A stretch of DNA of 64,000 bases from Gekko japonicus (Eukaryota). This document shows, piece by piece, positions 37,401 through 51,560 of this stretch. Location: NCBI RefSeq assembly GCF_001447785.1, contig NW_015161963.1, positions 781,600-845,599 of the forward strand, written 5' to 3'. The position numbers and the translations under genes were made by a program. The notes under the pieces are model-generated. The model was given only the letters and a program-made list of their open reading frames with translations, made no database searches and had not been told where the DNA came from. Each line of letters begins with the position of its first letter. Positions within the stretch are counted from its first letter, which is position 1.

Positions 37401-40400
37401 CAGCATAACTCTGCCTAGGATGGCACTGTGTAGCACTTTGTGTTTTCTTTGTACACTTTAGATCCCCCCCCGTATAAAACTCACTTAGTCTGCACTAATC
37501 TTATAAAATTTTAGTGAACTCTTATTAATAGGAAACATAGTAATGAAATGTCTTTGTACGTTGCTGACTGTTCTGTTTTTTTGAGCATTACAGTTTATGT
37601 TTCTGTACAATGCTCCGCTTTCATGTACCATAATTCATATTTCTGCCTTCTGTGGTGTTTTGTTACTCACACTAACGACATATACCATATATGTTTAAAC
37701 ATTATTTGACTAGTCATTAGTACATTTTATGTTCACATTATTTGTTTTATATGTGCATTATTTACTATTTGCTTTATAAATGTTTATAATCTCGGGTGCT
37801 TTGCACATCTCCTTCTCTTTTCCATTCAGAGGTTTCTTTTCCTTTTTTGTTAATAATCTATTATGTCATACGTTAACATCTGTTGATGTATATCCACTCC
37901 CTTAACTTTTTCTAGCTGGTCCATGAATTGAGATTAAACAAATCTGAGTAACTGAGTATCCAGTGACAAAGAAGGAAAAAGAAATCAAAACTGGCTGTGC
38001 AAAAAAATGTGCACTGTTTCCCCGTCCGAAGCTGTACAATCCCCAGAGGAAACAGCATCTATTTGATTTCAGGTTTTGGCCTGAGTCAGTAACGATGCTT
38101 TCAGCTGACTGCTGCTGATGGGTGGGGGCCATGGGGGTATTAATGGCTTTGTAGATTGCATCCATGAAGCTCAGAGCTTCAATTTTCTCTCAAAATAATT
38201 GGGCTGGATCCAGCCAGCTTCCTCACTAAACCTTGCCCTAGTTATTACAGCCCCTCTCAAAAATGGCTTTTGTACCTACTGGTTGCCCAATCCCCGGTAT
38301 GGCTTTTTCTGGTGCTCTCCCTTTTTCACCAGCAGAGAAGCTGCTTGGATCCAATCTATGTGAGGTACAGAGATGGCTCCATTCTATAGACTTCACCAGT
38401 TCTTTTTGCTCATTCAGAAAGTACCCCTTACCTCTCAGGAGGATCATTCTGAGGGTCACTCCTAGTTTGAACATTCCAGCCTCTCCACTCCTTCCTACTT
38501 TCAGAACCATCTTCAAATTTCCCTGCTATTTATGTATTTGTTGGTTATTCCATTTTTTTTCCTCCTTAGAGCGACGGATTACATACCTAGTCTCTCCACA
38601 GCCCCCTACTCCCCCATTTGACTCTTGTAACAATCCTGCAAGGTAGGCTAAGCTGAGAGAGAGAGAGTGACTGGCCCAGCATCAGTCACCCATTGAGTGA
38701 CATGGCATAGTTAGGATTTGAATCTTGGTCTCTGCAGTCCTAATTTTACACTCTGGGCACCGCACTGACTCTCTCAAGGCCAAAGTTGTGACTCTTTCCT
38801 GGGCAGCTCTTATCTGTTGTGAAGGTAAACTAGATGCACTATTGACTGTAACTGCAAGTTATTTAAAGGATTGCAAAGCCTTACTCTGAGGGCAAACAAC
38901 CAGGGAGCAGGCCGTTATGCTTCATTCCCAGAGACATTTGGCTGGCCTACTGCTGGAGATGGAGGCCGAATTCTTCCAAGCAGCAGATGAGGAGGTGAAG
39001 CTGTTCTGGACTGTACCACTTCAGGGTGCGGGGCGGAGTTCACAAGATTGAATGCCCCTTCACACCAAACTATTCCTTTCCCCTTGGAAGCTAGCATGTA
39101 AGGAAGACGCATTCCAGTGTGACCTTTACCTGGGCATGCTAGTTTTCTCTCCTAGGATTGGGGTGGGGAAACATTCCATCATGAAAACCCACCTGTATTG
39201 TCTGAAGTGGTATAGCTCAGGTACAGGTTTACCACCACCAAGGCTGTTTGGTCCGACATCGGACAATGTTGTGTTCTTTGCTCCTAGTTCTCTCATGTCT
39301 CCCATGTTCCCCATTTTAGGGAGCCAAAGCTGTGGCTCTTTCTCTGGCAAACAATACGTCTGTTGTGAAGTTAAATTTAAGTGACAATTGGCTGAACGAA
39401 GATGGGACAGCTGCAGTGGCAGAGATGTTAAAGGAAAATTGCTACATTTCAGGTTTGCTCCTTAATTTCATGGGTCTGAGAAGTGCTTTAGGATAGCAAA
39501 GTATTAGACACTCAAACAGATGCTGAGATGCTTTTGCTTGACTTGTGGGTCCCTTTCAGCTAAATTTCTGGAGATTAGGCTTCGCTTCACAATAAAGTTT
39601 GAGCAGCTAAACATGAAGAAGACTCAGAAAGGTTGTGGTCTGTGTTCCGTATTCTTTGGGGGTTTTTTTGGGGGGGGGGGAAGGTTTGTGCTTGCTTTCA
39701 AGAATCTAGGAGGTACAGCAAAGTATTAGACACTCAAACAGATGCTGAGATGCTTTTGCTTGGCTTGTGGGTCCCTTTCAGCTAAGTTTCTGGAGATTAG
39801 GCTTCACAATAAGGTTTGAGCAGCTAAACATGAACAAGACTCAGAAAGGTTGTGGTCTGTGTTCCATATTCTATGGGGGCTTTTTTGGGAGCCGGAGGCT
39901 AAAAAACGGTGAGCTAGCTCACACTAACTCAGCTTAGAGGGAACACTGATTGGGTGTGTGTGTGTGTGTGGTTAAAAGACTGATTGTCTAGGAGACCAGT
40001 CCCTTTGGGAGGAGGGCTCTTCAACTGGCTTCCAATTCTGACTAGTCAAGAAATTAATAGAAGACTGTGGAAAGTGAAGGAAATAGACCTGGGACCAGAT
40101 GAGGATACTTACTTTCTGGTAGGACTAAAGGCTGGTGTTCTTCTCCCACAGATATTGATTTATCTGAGAACAGGCTGGGGATGAAAGGGGCCAAGGCCCT
40201 GTCTGCTGTGCTTCAGGAAAATACCACACTAGTGACCCTGAAGCTCTCAGGAAATGAATTAAATGACCAAGCGGCCAAATATCTAGCTGGTGCCCTCCTG
40301 ACCAACAATAAACTGGAATCTCTTGATCTAAGTCATAATGCCTTCGGGGAGTCAGCAGGTAAAAGTGTTTCTCTGGCAGTGGCAGGTACCTGTTGCATTA

Positions 40401-43400
40401 AAGGGATGGGCAGTGTTTAGGGGAAGGATTTGATAGAGGGAAAGCAGTTCATGAGACAGTGGCTATAGATGCTCCATCCAGGGCAGAGCCAGGAAAATTA
40501 GAATGATGTGACCTGAGTTGGCCAGCAACTGCCCCCAACTGTATTAAGTGCATTTGAAGCACTAATAGTGCTGGGTGTGTATTACCTTGGCCTTTTATTA
40601 TAACTGTAAAAACTGAAAAAGCAATACATTCACTCTCTTCTGATTCCCATCCATTTCTAGTGTTTGGGGTGGGGGACTGAGTTATGTTAGAGCATTTCCC
40701 AGTGGATCATGTTGTTTCATTCGTAGGCCAAAGATATTTGTGTTAGGCTCCTAATTGAGTACAATTGAAAGCTAGCAACTAGCTTCCTGTTCTGCCTGAA
40801 GAAGACTTCTGTGCAACTTGAAGGACTGCATACCCTTTCACAGATAGAAGGGAATCCAGAAAAGGCTTGACCTGTTTTGTTTATTTGGGGCCATGTGCTA
40901 ACGTTTGTCAATATTCTCTTCAGAATGCAGGTGCTGAGGTCATCTCTTCCTCCTGCACTGGACCAGCTTCATTTCTTTCCTCCAGCTGTTCAGTGTCCAC
41001 ATCGTGCTTGTACCTTGTGCTCCAAGGCCCACCTGCTCTCTCCATTTCATGCACTTGGTTTCTTTCGCCTTATGTTTCCCTTGTTGAACAACCTTGCTGC
41101 TGGGAGACCCCTCCTTTGCCCTGTGCACAGAAGGAGCCTTACCTGGCTCCTAATCAGGTGCCCCATTCCACCTTACCTTTTGNNNNNNNNNNNNNNNNNN
41201 NNNNNNNNNNNNNNAGAGTGAGGGCAGGCCCAGGAAAGAGGGAGGAACAGCTCAGTGCAGGAGCAAGTTTAGTGCACAGAAGAAACAAGAGGAAAGGGGA
41301 AACGTGAAGGTAGGATAGTAAAGAAAGTGATTTTCTAGGTGTCTCTATTGAAATGGGGCAAAACAGCCCAGGAAAGGGAACCTACCACCATCACCGCCAC
41401 CCCTTTGCCTTTAAAAACATTTTAGTCCACACCACAATTGTGACAGTATTGCTGCTTTCTAGAAACCCAAGCTTCTTGAACTCCCAATTCTGCACAGTCA
41501 GTTGGCTTCTAGAATTTGTCCAACTGGAGCCACCAGAGCAGCCCTAGTCTTCTCATTGCCACCATCACCACCACCCCTTTGCCTTTAAAAACATTTTAGT
41601 CCACACCACAATTGTGACAGTATTGCTGCTTTCTAGAAACCCAAGCTTCTTGAACTCCCAATTCTGCACAGTCAGTTGGCTTCTAGAATTTGTCCAACTG
41701 GAGCCACCAGAGCAGCCCTAGTCGTCTCATTACCTGAAGCAGGCAGATGAATCCCCTCCCTTCACTGATATGAGGAATGAGTCCGTCTTCTTTGCAAGCA
41801 TCCTCTCATGCATATATGCAGCTCCTGCTCACTTCTGTGGGGCTTGGCCAGGAGAACTGCCCAGCAGATTGCGTCCACCTCTCTGGCTTGGCTTGCTTTC
41901 AGGAATCCTCTGAGATGTTTGCACCATTGGCACTTTTCCTGCAGCACATCTTTTCTCCTTGCCTCATTCCTTCCCCTGTTTCACCCCCTTCCTGTTTTGA
42001 GACTGTTGAGCCACCCTAACTTCAGGGATCAGAAAGCCTCATTCTCCTGTTGAGTTCAAATATGACAGCAACCATGCATGTTATCATAAAGTATTGGCAG
42101 GACACTTTGGGCAGAACTTATGGGGAGGTTTCTTGGATGTTTCTGAAGATCTTACCTGCTTACCTTTCCATTTCCTTGTGATCTGCAACATTTATTTTTT
42201 TTCCAGGTGAGGTGCTTGGAGCAGCGATAGCAGAAAATGCTGGCATGAAAGAGCTCGATCTCAGCTGGAACTGCTTCCGGGGCAAAGGAGCTGTTGCTGT
42301 TGCCAAAGGTTTGGGGGTAAGCACTGCACTCTTCCCATCATCTCCATCCTGCTAAGCTTTCCTTCATTGTTTAATTTGGTTGCAATGGCAAAACTTTATG
42401 GGAGTGTTTACTACTGATGGGGTCAGGGCCGGCCTGAGGGGTTTGTGCGCCATAGGCGAGGCCACCTTGTGGCGCCCCCTCAGATGCCAGCCTCCTGGTG
42501 GGGCCTGGAGATCTCCCAGCTAGGTGCCTCGGGGGGGGGAGACAGAGTGACGCCACGTGATGCGCTGGCTGCACGCGTCGCTTTAGACCGGGAGCACGGA
42601 AGGATGAGGGAGTCTGCGTGCTTCCTTCGCGGGCTCCTTTTCCGGCCAGGTGGGGTGTGAGACGAGCTCCGCGCTGGGCCTCCCCCTGGGACCGCCGAGC
42701 CGGTTCTCTTCACGCTGGCTGGCGGAGAGGAGGGAGCGCGGGGAGCCCCGCCGCCGGGGCCCGGAGAGAGCGCCTGCTGCCCTGGGCCTGGCTGAGCCAC
42801 CCTAACTTCAGGGATCAGAAAGCCTCATTCTCCTGTTGAGTTCAAATATGACAGCAACCATGCATGTTATCATAAAGTGTTGGCAGGACACTTTGGGCAG
42901 AATTTATGGGGAGGTTTCTTGGATATTTCTGAAGATACCTGCTTACCTTTCCATTTCCTTGTGATCTGCAACATTTTTTTTTCCAGGTGAGGTGCTTGGA
43001 GCAGCGATAGCAGAAAATGCTGGCATGAAAGAGCTCGATCTCAGCTGGAACTGCTTCCGGGGCAAAGGAGCTGTTGCTGTTGCCAAAGGTTTGGGGGTAA
43101 GCACTGCACTCTTCCCATCATCTCCATCCTGCTAAGCTTTCCTTCATTGTTTAATTTGGTTGCAATGGCAAAACTTTATGGGAGCGTTTACTACTGATGG
43201 GGTGTTCTGGTTTGGAAATACACAAGTCAGCCTCGCTATTGTGTCTTGGAAAGCATTTGGAGAATTCACATTTCTAGAGGATTTGTGTATCAAAAGGGTC
43301 ACTTCAGTTGAGAGATTCTGTGGTCAGCATTGCATGGATTTACGAAAGTCTTTCAGACAGTCAAATTTCTGGGAAATGTGAAGGTGTCTTGGGGGAATTG

Positions 43401-46400
43401 GTTGCTACCAGGATTCTTGAATGAAAAGGTGGTCTGAATTTGAAAATCTGTGTTGCCAAATTCTATATCCTATGGCATAAAAATACATTTTTTCATTCAG
43501 AAATAACTGTTAGCTGTAAAATCCATAAAAATGCCTTCACCAAGCTTTCCAGAGATGATTTCTGAGTAGATTCTTTGCTGTATCCCATCTGATACCCAAG
43601 GGACTATCAAGTTTGACCCAACAAGGACAAGGTACAGGCAAAGGCAGTTACAATACCAGAAAGTATGGCCTAAAGAAGAGACCTAATGGAAAGACAGACC
43701 CTGTGGCTTAATTTTCTGGGAACGGGTGCTGAAATTATGAGCTGTGTGCCCCAGGAGAGTGCTCAAGTCTGGAGACACCAGCTTTGACTCATTGAGTGTG
43801 ACCCATTAGAAGCGTCATAACCAAGGGTGCTTTCTGCTCAAATGAGTTTGAGTGGAATCCAGTGATCTGTGCAGCTTATTAGTCCAAATCTCCCTTGGGT
43901 TTTGACACTCCCTTGCCACAAATGAAGAGGGAAAGTAGTCCACCAGACACTTCTCCTGGGCAACCTCACTGAAATCAACAAGGGTTTTTTCATTGCAGTG
44001 GCGCTTGTGCTGAAGAACTTTGGGGCAGCCTCTGCTCATGGGCAAGCTTTTTCTCCTGTACCTGTAATGGCAACTCACATTTGTCATTTAAGGTAGTAGC
44101 TTTCCCTTGCCTCTGGTGGGTGAGGTGAGTTTGCTTTCAGTTACCATGCATTACAAGGAAGAAGAAGAAGAAGAGTTGGTTTTCTGCCCCACCCTTCACT
44201 ACCCAAAGGAGTCTCGGAGCACTTACAATCACCTTCCCTTCCTCTCCTCACACAGATACCCGGTGAGGTAGGTGGGGGCTGAGAGGGCTCTGAGAGAACT
44301 GTGACTGACCCAAGGTCACCCAGCTGGCTTCATGTGGACAAGTGGGAAATCAAACCTGGTTCTCCAGATTAGAGTCCGCCGCTCTTAACTACTACACCAA
44401 GCTGGCTCTTTGTGTAGTGTCGACCAGCAAGGTCCCCAGGTCTGTGCTTGCTGTCTAACATCTGCACAGTGCTCCTGGTACAGTAGCATCACTTCTTGTA
44501 AAGGGTGAGGATTACAGTAAACGTTGGCTGTTCAGATTGATGCAAAGTGATGGCATGCCACTGTGGGAGTGAAGCTTGCAGTACACTACCACTCCCTTAC
44601 AGTGTCATGTACTGAACAGAGCCAGAGCCTTTCTCACAGGACAGTATGGTCTATGGTTTCTCCATCTGTTGCAAGCAGCAGCATGAGAAGCATCAGGGCT
44701 CAGGTGCCAAAGAGCATGGTCTTGGTACGGCTCTTGAGTCCTGCAGGTCTTGCCAAAGCTTGATGAAAGCCATTTCCCTCCCCAGCGATGCCATCAGGGC
44801 TGGACCTCAGGGCAGAACACCAGGTCACCAGAAAGCAGGCTCTAGGTTTGCATTTGAAGTACATGTTCCCCTCTAAAGGAGGGTCTTCATAAGACTGTTA
44901 AGTTCAGAGTGTAAAATGAGCTAATCACACCACTGTCCCTTCCTCTTCAGGCAAACATATTCCTTCGGGTATTGGATCTCTCCTACAATGGCTTTGGCAA
45001 CAAGGGAGCTGCTGCCTTGGGCGAGGCCCTGAAAATCAACAATGTGCTGGAAGAACTTAATGTTGGGTAATAACATTTTAATGTGTGCACGCCTCTTCTA
45101 GAGAGTTCAGAGTTTTTTCTCAATACTTATTACAACAGCCCTCTGATGTAGATCATTATTTCTGTCCCCTTACTGTACCTGGGCAGCCAAAGGGAAGGCC
45201 TCTTGACTTGCCATAGGGCCATGGGTGTGTTCGTGAGTGGACTGCAATTTGAACTGGGGACCTGTTCAGCTCGCGCTCATAGCCATGACATTTTAAATGC
45301 CGTGCGTGTAGATTGCATAATGCCTCTTTTTATTGCAGAATTTGGATTCCCTTAGTACAGAATGTTGCCCCCCCCCCTTTACAGAGCCTTTTCTACAGCA
45401 TTGCCCAAGGGCAGGTCATCTGCAGCTCTTTGGGGACTTCACCCTGGGCATCCTAGATCCCAGTCCAACACAATGGTTAGGGCACCTTCCCTGTGCTCAA
45501 AAACAGCCTTGTCTACAACAGTGGCCAGACTTTCTGAAACAGCGCTCCAAGTAGTGCATCCGCATCCAGTCAGAGCTGATCAAAACTGTGCTAAAATGCA
45601 GTGGTGAGATCTGCAGCACTTGCTGCCAGTGTTCCCTCTAAGCTGAGTTGGTGTGAGCTAGCCCACAGTTTTTTAGAGATTTTTGTCTCAGCTCGGGAAG
45701 GATGGCTCCAGGGCAGACTAATTCATGCAGTAGCCAAATCGCTGGCTCACAACTTTAATGCCAGTAGCTCACAAAGAAGAATTTTTTCTCACAAGACTCC
45801 ACAGCTTAGAGGGAGCATTGCTTGCTGCTAGGAAGAGAAACCTGCAAAAGCAACAGAATTAACACACTACTATCAGTAGAGCTGTAGCCCCTCAGTAGCA
45901 GATCCTGGACCTCCTATAGCTGCAATGGCAAGTTGGTCTTCTGGTGCTTGACAAGCCCCCAGACAGATAGCATCAATGCCTCCCCCTCTTCCCTGATTCA
46001 GCTGGCCCCTGGCTAGCAATCAGGGACAATTCTTGGTTGAATTGAGTGGGAGAGGCAGTTGGATGGCTGGGGAGTCACAGTTTGCCCAAATCCTCCTTCA
46101 GTCTCCTGTACATAAACCTAATAAGTGATGGGAATAGTTTAGGGCAAAGTGGATATCTGGGTGGCAGCAGCAGGGGGAGCCAAGACAGTTTAGGAATGGA
46201 GCTAAGGGGAATGAGATGCTTTTTCTGGAAGTACATAAACCTAATAAGTGATGGGAATAGCTTAGGGCAAAGTGGATATCTGGGTGGCGGCAGCAGGGGA
46301 AGCCAAGACAGTTTAGGAATGGAAGGGAATGAGATGGATGGCTGCTCCTCAACTGAAGGATTCTAGATGGAACAGCTTAGCTAGTATGCAGAGGTCTGAC

Positions 46401-48130
46401 TACTTCGAATGAGTGTTGACCAGAGCGGAGTTTGGTTGTGTCAGTCATCTCCAGGCCATATGTTTGGGCTTAGTTCTTGATAATCCCTGTGTCAGGCAGC
46501 TTTGTTTAAGAGATGGCATTAAAAATAATTTAGAAAGGATGAGTAGGCAAACAGTTGAAGCTTGCTCTCTCTTCTCATTTTGTTTTTAGCAATAATCGCA
46601 TTTCACTGGAAGGAGCCCTTTGCCTTGCTCTGGGCCTGAAAGAAAACAAGACTCTTAGGTGCCTCAGTGTGAGTAGCTTTTCGGAGAAGGCTGGATCTTG
46701 ATGCTTTGGCACAAAGAAACAAATGCATTTCCCTGTTGTGATCTGCAGGTGGCCAGAAACCCCATCCAGAGTGAAGGCTGCATTAGGATTCTGAAATCCA
46801 TCCAAGCAAATCCTGGTGCTGTCTTAGAAGTCCTGGATTTTTCAGTAGGTGTTAATGGGTGGAAGGGAGCCAGATTCTGTCCCTGATAGGAGATAAGACG
46901 GGATTAGCAAATCATCTGTTTGTATAATGGGACTTCAGCAAAGGTGGGAAAGTGCAATGCAAAAGAGAAATCATTCATGATTGATTGTAGTCGAGGGTGA
47001 TGCTGTGGAAGGGTTCAGATCCTCTGAAGAAGGATGATGAACAGGTTGCTGGTGTTCCACAGAATTAATAGCTAGCTTGTAGAAGTCATTGCCTCTAGTT
47101 TCGATTAGATAAATTTGTGGAGGTCTAACAACAACTACTGGCAATGATGGCTAAATGGAACCTCCATATATAAAAGCACCAAATACTTAGGGCACTCCGT
47201 TAAATTTGGCCACTTCCTTCAGCACCTGTTTGCAAACTTACTGGCTCAAGTGTTGGAAAACCTGAACCTTGGTCTGTTCCAACAAGGCCAGTCTTATGTT
47301 CTTCTTGTCCCTCCCAAAATCTCTGTGACCTAATGCTCCCTCTAAGCTGTGGAGTCTTGTGAGCAAAAATTCTACTTTGTGAGCTACTGGCATTAAAGTT
47401 GTGAGCAAGTGATTTGGCTACTGTATAAATTAGTTTGCTCTGGAGCCATCCTTCCTGAGCGAAGACAAAAATGGGTGAGCCGGACGCTAACAAACTGTGA
47501 GCTAGCTCACACTAACTCAGCTTAGAGGGAGCACTGCCCTCTTTTGCTAAGCCTACCACGTTTCAGTGAAAGCTCAGCCTCTTCCCTTCTCCTTCGCAAG
47601 ACCATTTTACTCTTTGGGTCAATAAGCAACTTTGTTCTGACTTCCTTCTCTGGCCATTTCTTTCAGTCGTCTGTTTTGCTCCTTGGAGGTGAAATTTCCA
47701 ACCTCCAGCCTGAGGCTGGTCTGTATTTCATGTGGTGTTGAGTAGCTGCAGGAGTGGGGTCAAGCACTGCTCTGTAAGAATGATCCCTGTCTCTCCCCAA
47801 GAGAAGAAATCTCCCATTGTGTTTGACCAGCTTTTCAGATGGTGCAAAAGAAAAGAAGGACCCAGTTCAACCACCAAAAAAGGAGCTGTCCTGGGGATCA
47901 TGAGCCCTGCCTGGATCAAAACCATGTGGGGCCAAGGACCTTACTGAGGAGGGAAATTGGCTGGATACAACCCTTTATGTAGTAAAGCATCTTTTTTCCC
48001 TTTTCAGGAGATTGTGTTGAAGCAGGATTTCACAGGCTTGTGTGATGCTGTCCAGGAAACCTTTCCAGGCCTTCAGATCAAACACGATGGGACCAGACCC
48101 TCGTTCAGAACAAACCAGTCCAAGATGTGA
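34196..48130 (+). CDS. LRRC74B: Leucine-rich repeat-containing protein 74B, 10 exons, ~433 aa
   Basis: Exons 34196-34339 (start codon and exon 1 less certain), 35780-35930, 36772-36914, 39320-39452, 40152-40358, 42207-42316 (or its identical copy 42987-43096), 44951-45066, 46590-46668, 46749-46844, 48008-48130. Phases are consistent. Motifs WDTDLETE, HHGLGPKGAKA, DLSENRLG, LSWNCFRGKGA, ANIFLRVLDLSYNGFG, NNVLEELN, NNRIS, RNPIQSEGC match LRRC74B. Confidence 0.9.
39495..39888. repeat. Tandem duplication, ~222-bp period, ending in a half MITE (39889-39948)
   Basis: agcaaagtattagacactcaaacagatgctgag recurs at 39495 and 39717. Confidence 0.8.
41385..41731. repeat. Tandem duplication, 174-bp period
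   Basis: Two near-identical copies close to an N-gap. Confidence 0.85.
42424..42792. mobile_element. Truncated hAT-type element (CAGGGCCGGC family)
   Basis: Starts CAGGGCCGGCC...taggcgaggc...ggcgccccct; sits between the two exon-6 blocks. Confidence 0.6.
42987..43096 (+). CDS. LRRC74B: Second identical copy of LRRC74B exon 6 (110 nt)
   Basis: Same sequence as 42207-42316 with intact AG/GT, inside a ~410-bp duplicated block (offset ~780). Probably an allelic copy assembled in tandem. Confidence 0.6.
44159..44409 (-). mobile_element. tRNA-derived SINE (Squam3-like)
   Basis: Reverse complement of the same family with a (GAA)n tail. Confidence 0.7.
45627..45820. mobile_element. ~200-bp hAT MITE, high-copy family
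   Basis: TIR CAGTGTTCCCTCTAAGCTG / CAGCTTAGAGGGAGCATTG; perfect 8-bp TSD CTTGCTGC. Confidence 0.85.
46108..46336. repeat. Tandem duplication, 123-bp period
   Basis: gtacataaacctaataagtgatggg recurs at 46108 and 46231. Confidence 0.85.
47331..47536. mobile_element. ~200-bp hAT MITE (same family)
   Basis: Same TIRs and internal sequence. Confidence 0.8.
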
Positions 48131-51100
48131 ACCCATTCCTTGGGGTCATGGAAGGTGAAGGGGTTGCTTAAACGGCATGCGAGAAGCCTCCATGCCTCTT
48201 AGCCACTCATATTGCACTGTCACCTCTGATCAAGAGGTTCNNNNNNNNNNNNNNNNNNNNNNNNNNNNNNNTGCTGGGCCAGAGACAACAGCCAGACAAA
48301 AGATGTGATACTGCATCGTACCCACTTCAGTTCTCTGAATGATCTGTTGTCAGATCTGTCTACATCCGAACACTGTCAGTAACACCTCGGATACATGGAC
48401 TCCCGCCCTCCTAACAAAATACCCAACTGGGGAAAAAATGAGATGTGGGCGGTGTGTGTGTATGTGTAGACTTTTCCTTCATGCATTTCAGTCTTCTCTG
48501 AAATGCTGATTGCCACTTTGAGCTAAGAAGCAATTTGGCCAGGGATCCTGGAGGGGTTTTTTTGTGTCATCTTCTGGGTGTGGAACAGCAGTCAGTGCGG
48601 GTGTGGAAGGGGAGGTATTTGTGAATTTCCTGCATTGTGCAGGGGGTTGGACTAGATGTCCCTGGAGATCCCTTCCAACTCTATGATTCTAAAGGTTTTC
48701 AAGCAGAGGCTTGCAGGGATTCCGCCAAAATGGGGAGGTGACAGAGGGAGCAGTCCACACAGAGGGGGAGTTGGAAAAAGGAAGAAAAGCTGGGAGTGGG
48801 CGATGTGGCAGGGGGCTAAAGGGCAAGTAAACAGCCAAAGTACCAAAAATTCTCCTTAAAATGCAGCACCGAGGACTGTACACTATATTCCTCATGAAGA
48901 TACAGCAGAGGGCTAAACAGACTACCCATGTCCCATATCAGACCTGTACTAATGATCTGTTCTGAGTGGCAAGGGCTGTTCAGTTCTCAGTAGAGGGCTT
49001 CCCCATTCTGCTATCTGGAGCGTGGAAAAGGATATCCTTGCATGGGTAATAGCTCTCTGTGAGTGGAAAAGTTCCCTTTTGAAAAATGAGAAAATAAAAT
49101 ACTGGCTTCTGAGAAATGTGTTCAAGTTATTGTGGAGTGACACTACAGCTGTGTGCTGGATCCTCCTTCAGAAAGGTCATGGCAGAGATTCTGAGGCAAA
49201 GGGAAAGATCTGAGATTCAAAGTGGCTGCCATGACAGCTGTAATCTTTGGTTGCTGCCGTGCTTGTATGGACTTGTCCCACAAACAGCTCTTTCCACGGG
49301 CAGCCTGCAGGAGGCAAACAGTGCGCACAGGAAAAAAAATCACAGCAACTCAGAATCAAGGAGGAGCAAACCTTTATCAGCTTAGCTGGGACGAGCCATT
49401 GCACAGCGCGGAGTGGTAGCAGGGCAGGGAAACACTGTTACTGATGATAGCACCGCCCTGCCCGCTCGTAGTCCAGTGGCAGATGAGAGCAAGTATAAAG
49501 CAAGTCTGTACACCAAGGGAAGCAGCGTGCATGAATTGGGCAGCACTCCTGAAGTCCACAGACAGCAGTTGCACAGTAGGCATACAATACATACTTTCCT
49601 GCATTGGGGGGGGTGGGCCCTGAAAACCAGACTGGAGTAGCCACGCTACATCCATACTTGAAAGGAAGAAAGTAAGCACAGACTTTAGGGGTAGCCTCAG
49701 GATTTCTCTCCCTCCAAAGTACTGCAAGTGGAAAACCCAGATGGTCTTCAGTATTTCCACAGGAGGCTCCTTGGCCTCTCCTCCAACCTGCTGTCCGTAA
49801 CCCTGCCATTTCCCCCCTCCCTTTAAGCTGTTTGGTCTCATTATAGGTGAACATGCCCGAGGCAAAGCAATAGGGGGAGAGAACAGCTGACGGCAGAACC
49901 AGCGTGTGTCGTATTGTCAAGCTAGAACTGAGGAGACTCCAGTTCAAAACCCTGCTCAGCCCTGCAGCTCACCTGGTCACTTTGGGCCGGTCACTCGTTC
50001 ACATTCAGCCTAGCCCATCTCATAGGCTTGTTGTGAAGATAAAAATGGAGGCAGGAAGAACCCATACACCACACTGAGCTCTTTTGAGGGAGGGATAAAT
50101 ACGTGTCAGATACATGCCTGCAGGTTCCAACGGCTTAACTCACTTAACAGTTGTGTGCAAATGAAAATTAATTGTGTCTGCACAGAAGTGCAACTTGTGT
50201 GAGCTCTCTGGCTACGGCTTGCTTTTTAAGATGACATATAGGTAATGCGCGTGTGTGTGGAAATTGTGCTCTAATTTATATAAATTGCAGAGTGAATGTT
50301 CAGCCACTAGCAGAGATTTCATCAGAAAGCAAGGGAGAAAAGTGGTTACAAAGGCACATAAGGGCAGGGAGACCATCTTGGAATGCCTAAGCTAGAAGAA
50401 CTGGGTGCTGTGGCCTGTGCTGCTTCAGGATATTAATGTCCTGACTAATGTGTTATTTGGTGAATGGCAGTATAAAGCCTTGTTTTATATATATAAGAGA
50501 TCTCTGATGTTTTCTGCTTCATTGGAAGGCTCTAATCTCAGTGACTCCCAAACTGTGGGCCTGAAGGAATAAATCAGTTTTTTTAAAAAAAGAAAGGCTT
50601 CTCTGACCCCTCTCCAAAATGAGGCCGCCTACTGCCTCACTGTATCCTGTGCTGCTTTGGCCTTGCCTCCTTGCTGTTGACCTTCCATTGGCTGTCACTG
50701 GATGGTTGTCACTTCTACCCCTGTGATGCAGCATAATGACCAGTCCAGAACAGTGATTAATGCAGAGATATAGGGTCCTGGCTGATCTGAAGGCAGGCAG
50801 CTCTTACGTACACTAAACCTTTTGGTGTGTGCCTCTGTCACATGAAGCCTGGAACCACTTTACCCACTGTAAACCCCACCAACTTCTAACTGCTGAGGAG
50901 AAGGAAGGCATTTGGGGCTGGTAAAAATATGACTGCAGGTACTGCATGGTAAACAGGAGGCTGTGGGAAAAGTCTGTCTAGGGCCAGGAAAGGGTGTGTG
51001 CCAGTGTGCAGTGGTGAGAGTATCAGACTTGGGTCTAAATGACGCAGCTTCAAATCCCCACTGCCGGAGAAGCTTGCTGGGTGACTTTGAACCCATCACA

Positions 51101-51222
51101 CTCTCTTAGTCTAACCTACCTGACAGGGTTGTTGTGAGGATAAACATGGAGAAGAATGATGTAAGCTGCTTTGGGTCCCCATTGGGGAGAAAGATGGGGT
51201 ATAAATTAGGTAAATAAATACA

Positions 51223-51470
51223 AGAAGAAGAAAAAGAGATTGGATTTATACCCCGCCCTTCACTTGGAGATTCAGAGTGGCTTGCAAACTCCTTTCCCTT
51301 CCCCTCCCCACAACAGACATCCTGTGAAGTGGGTGGGGCTGAGAGAACTCTGACACAAACTGCTCTTTTCCAAGGACAGCTGTGCCAGAGCTTGTGACTG
51401 ACCCAAGGTCACATCAGCAGGTGCAAGTGGAGGAGTGGGGAATCAAACCCGGTTCTCCCAGATTAGAGTC
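51223..51470 (-). mobile_element. tRNA-derived SINE (Squam3-like)
   Basis: Reverse complement of 11997-12272, tail to tail with an older plus-strand SINE at ~51001-51220. Confidence 0.7.
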
Positions 51471-51560
51471 TGATTTTGGAGTTCCTTGCCTTGTTTACTG
51501 CACACTTACTGCTGTTTCCCCCTTAAATTTTAAGCCACGAGGGAGAGTTGCAAAAGATGC

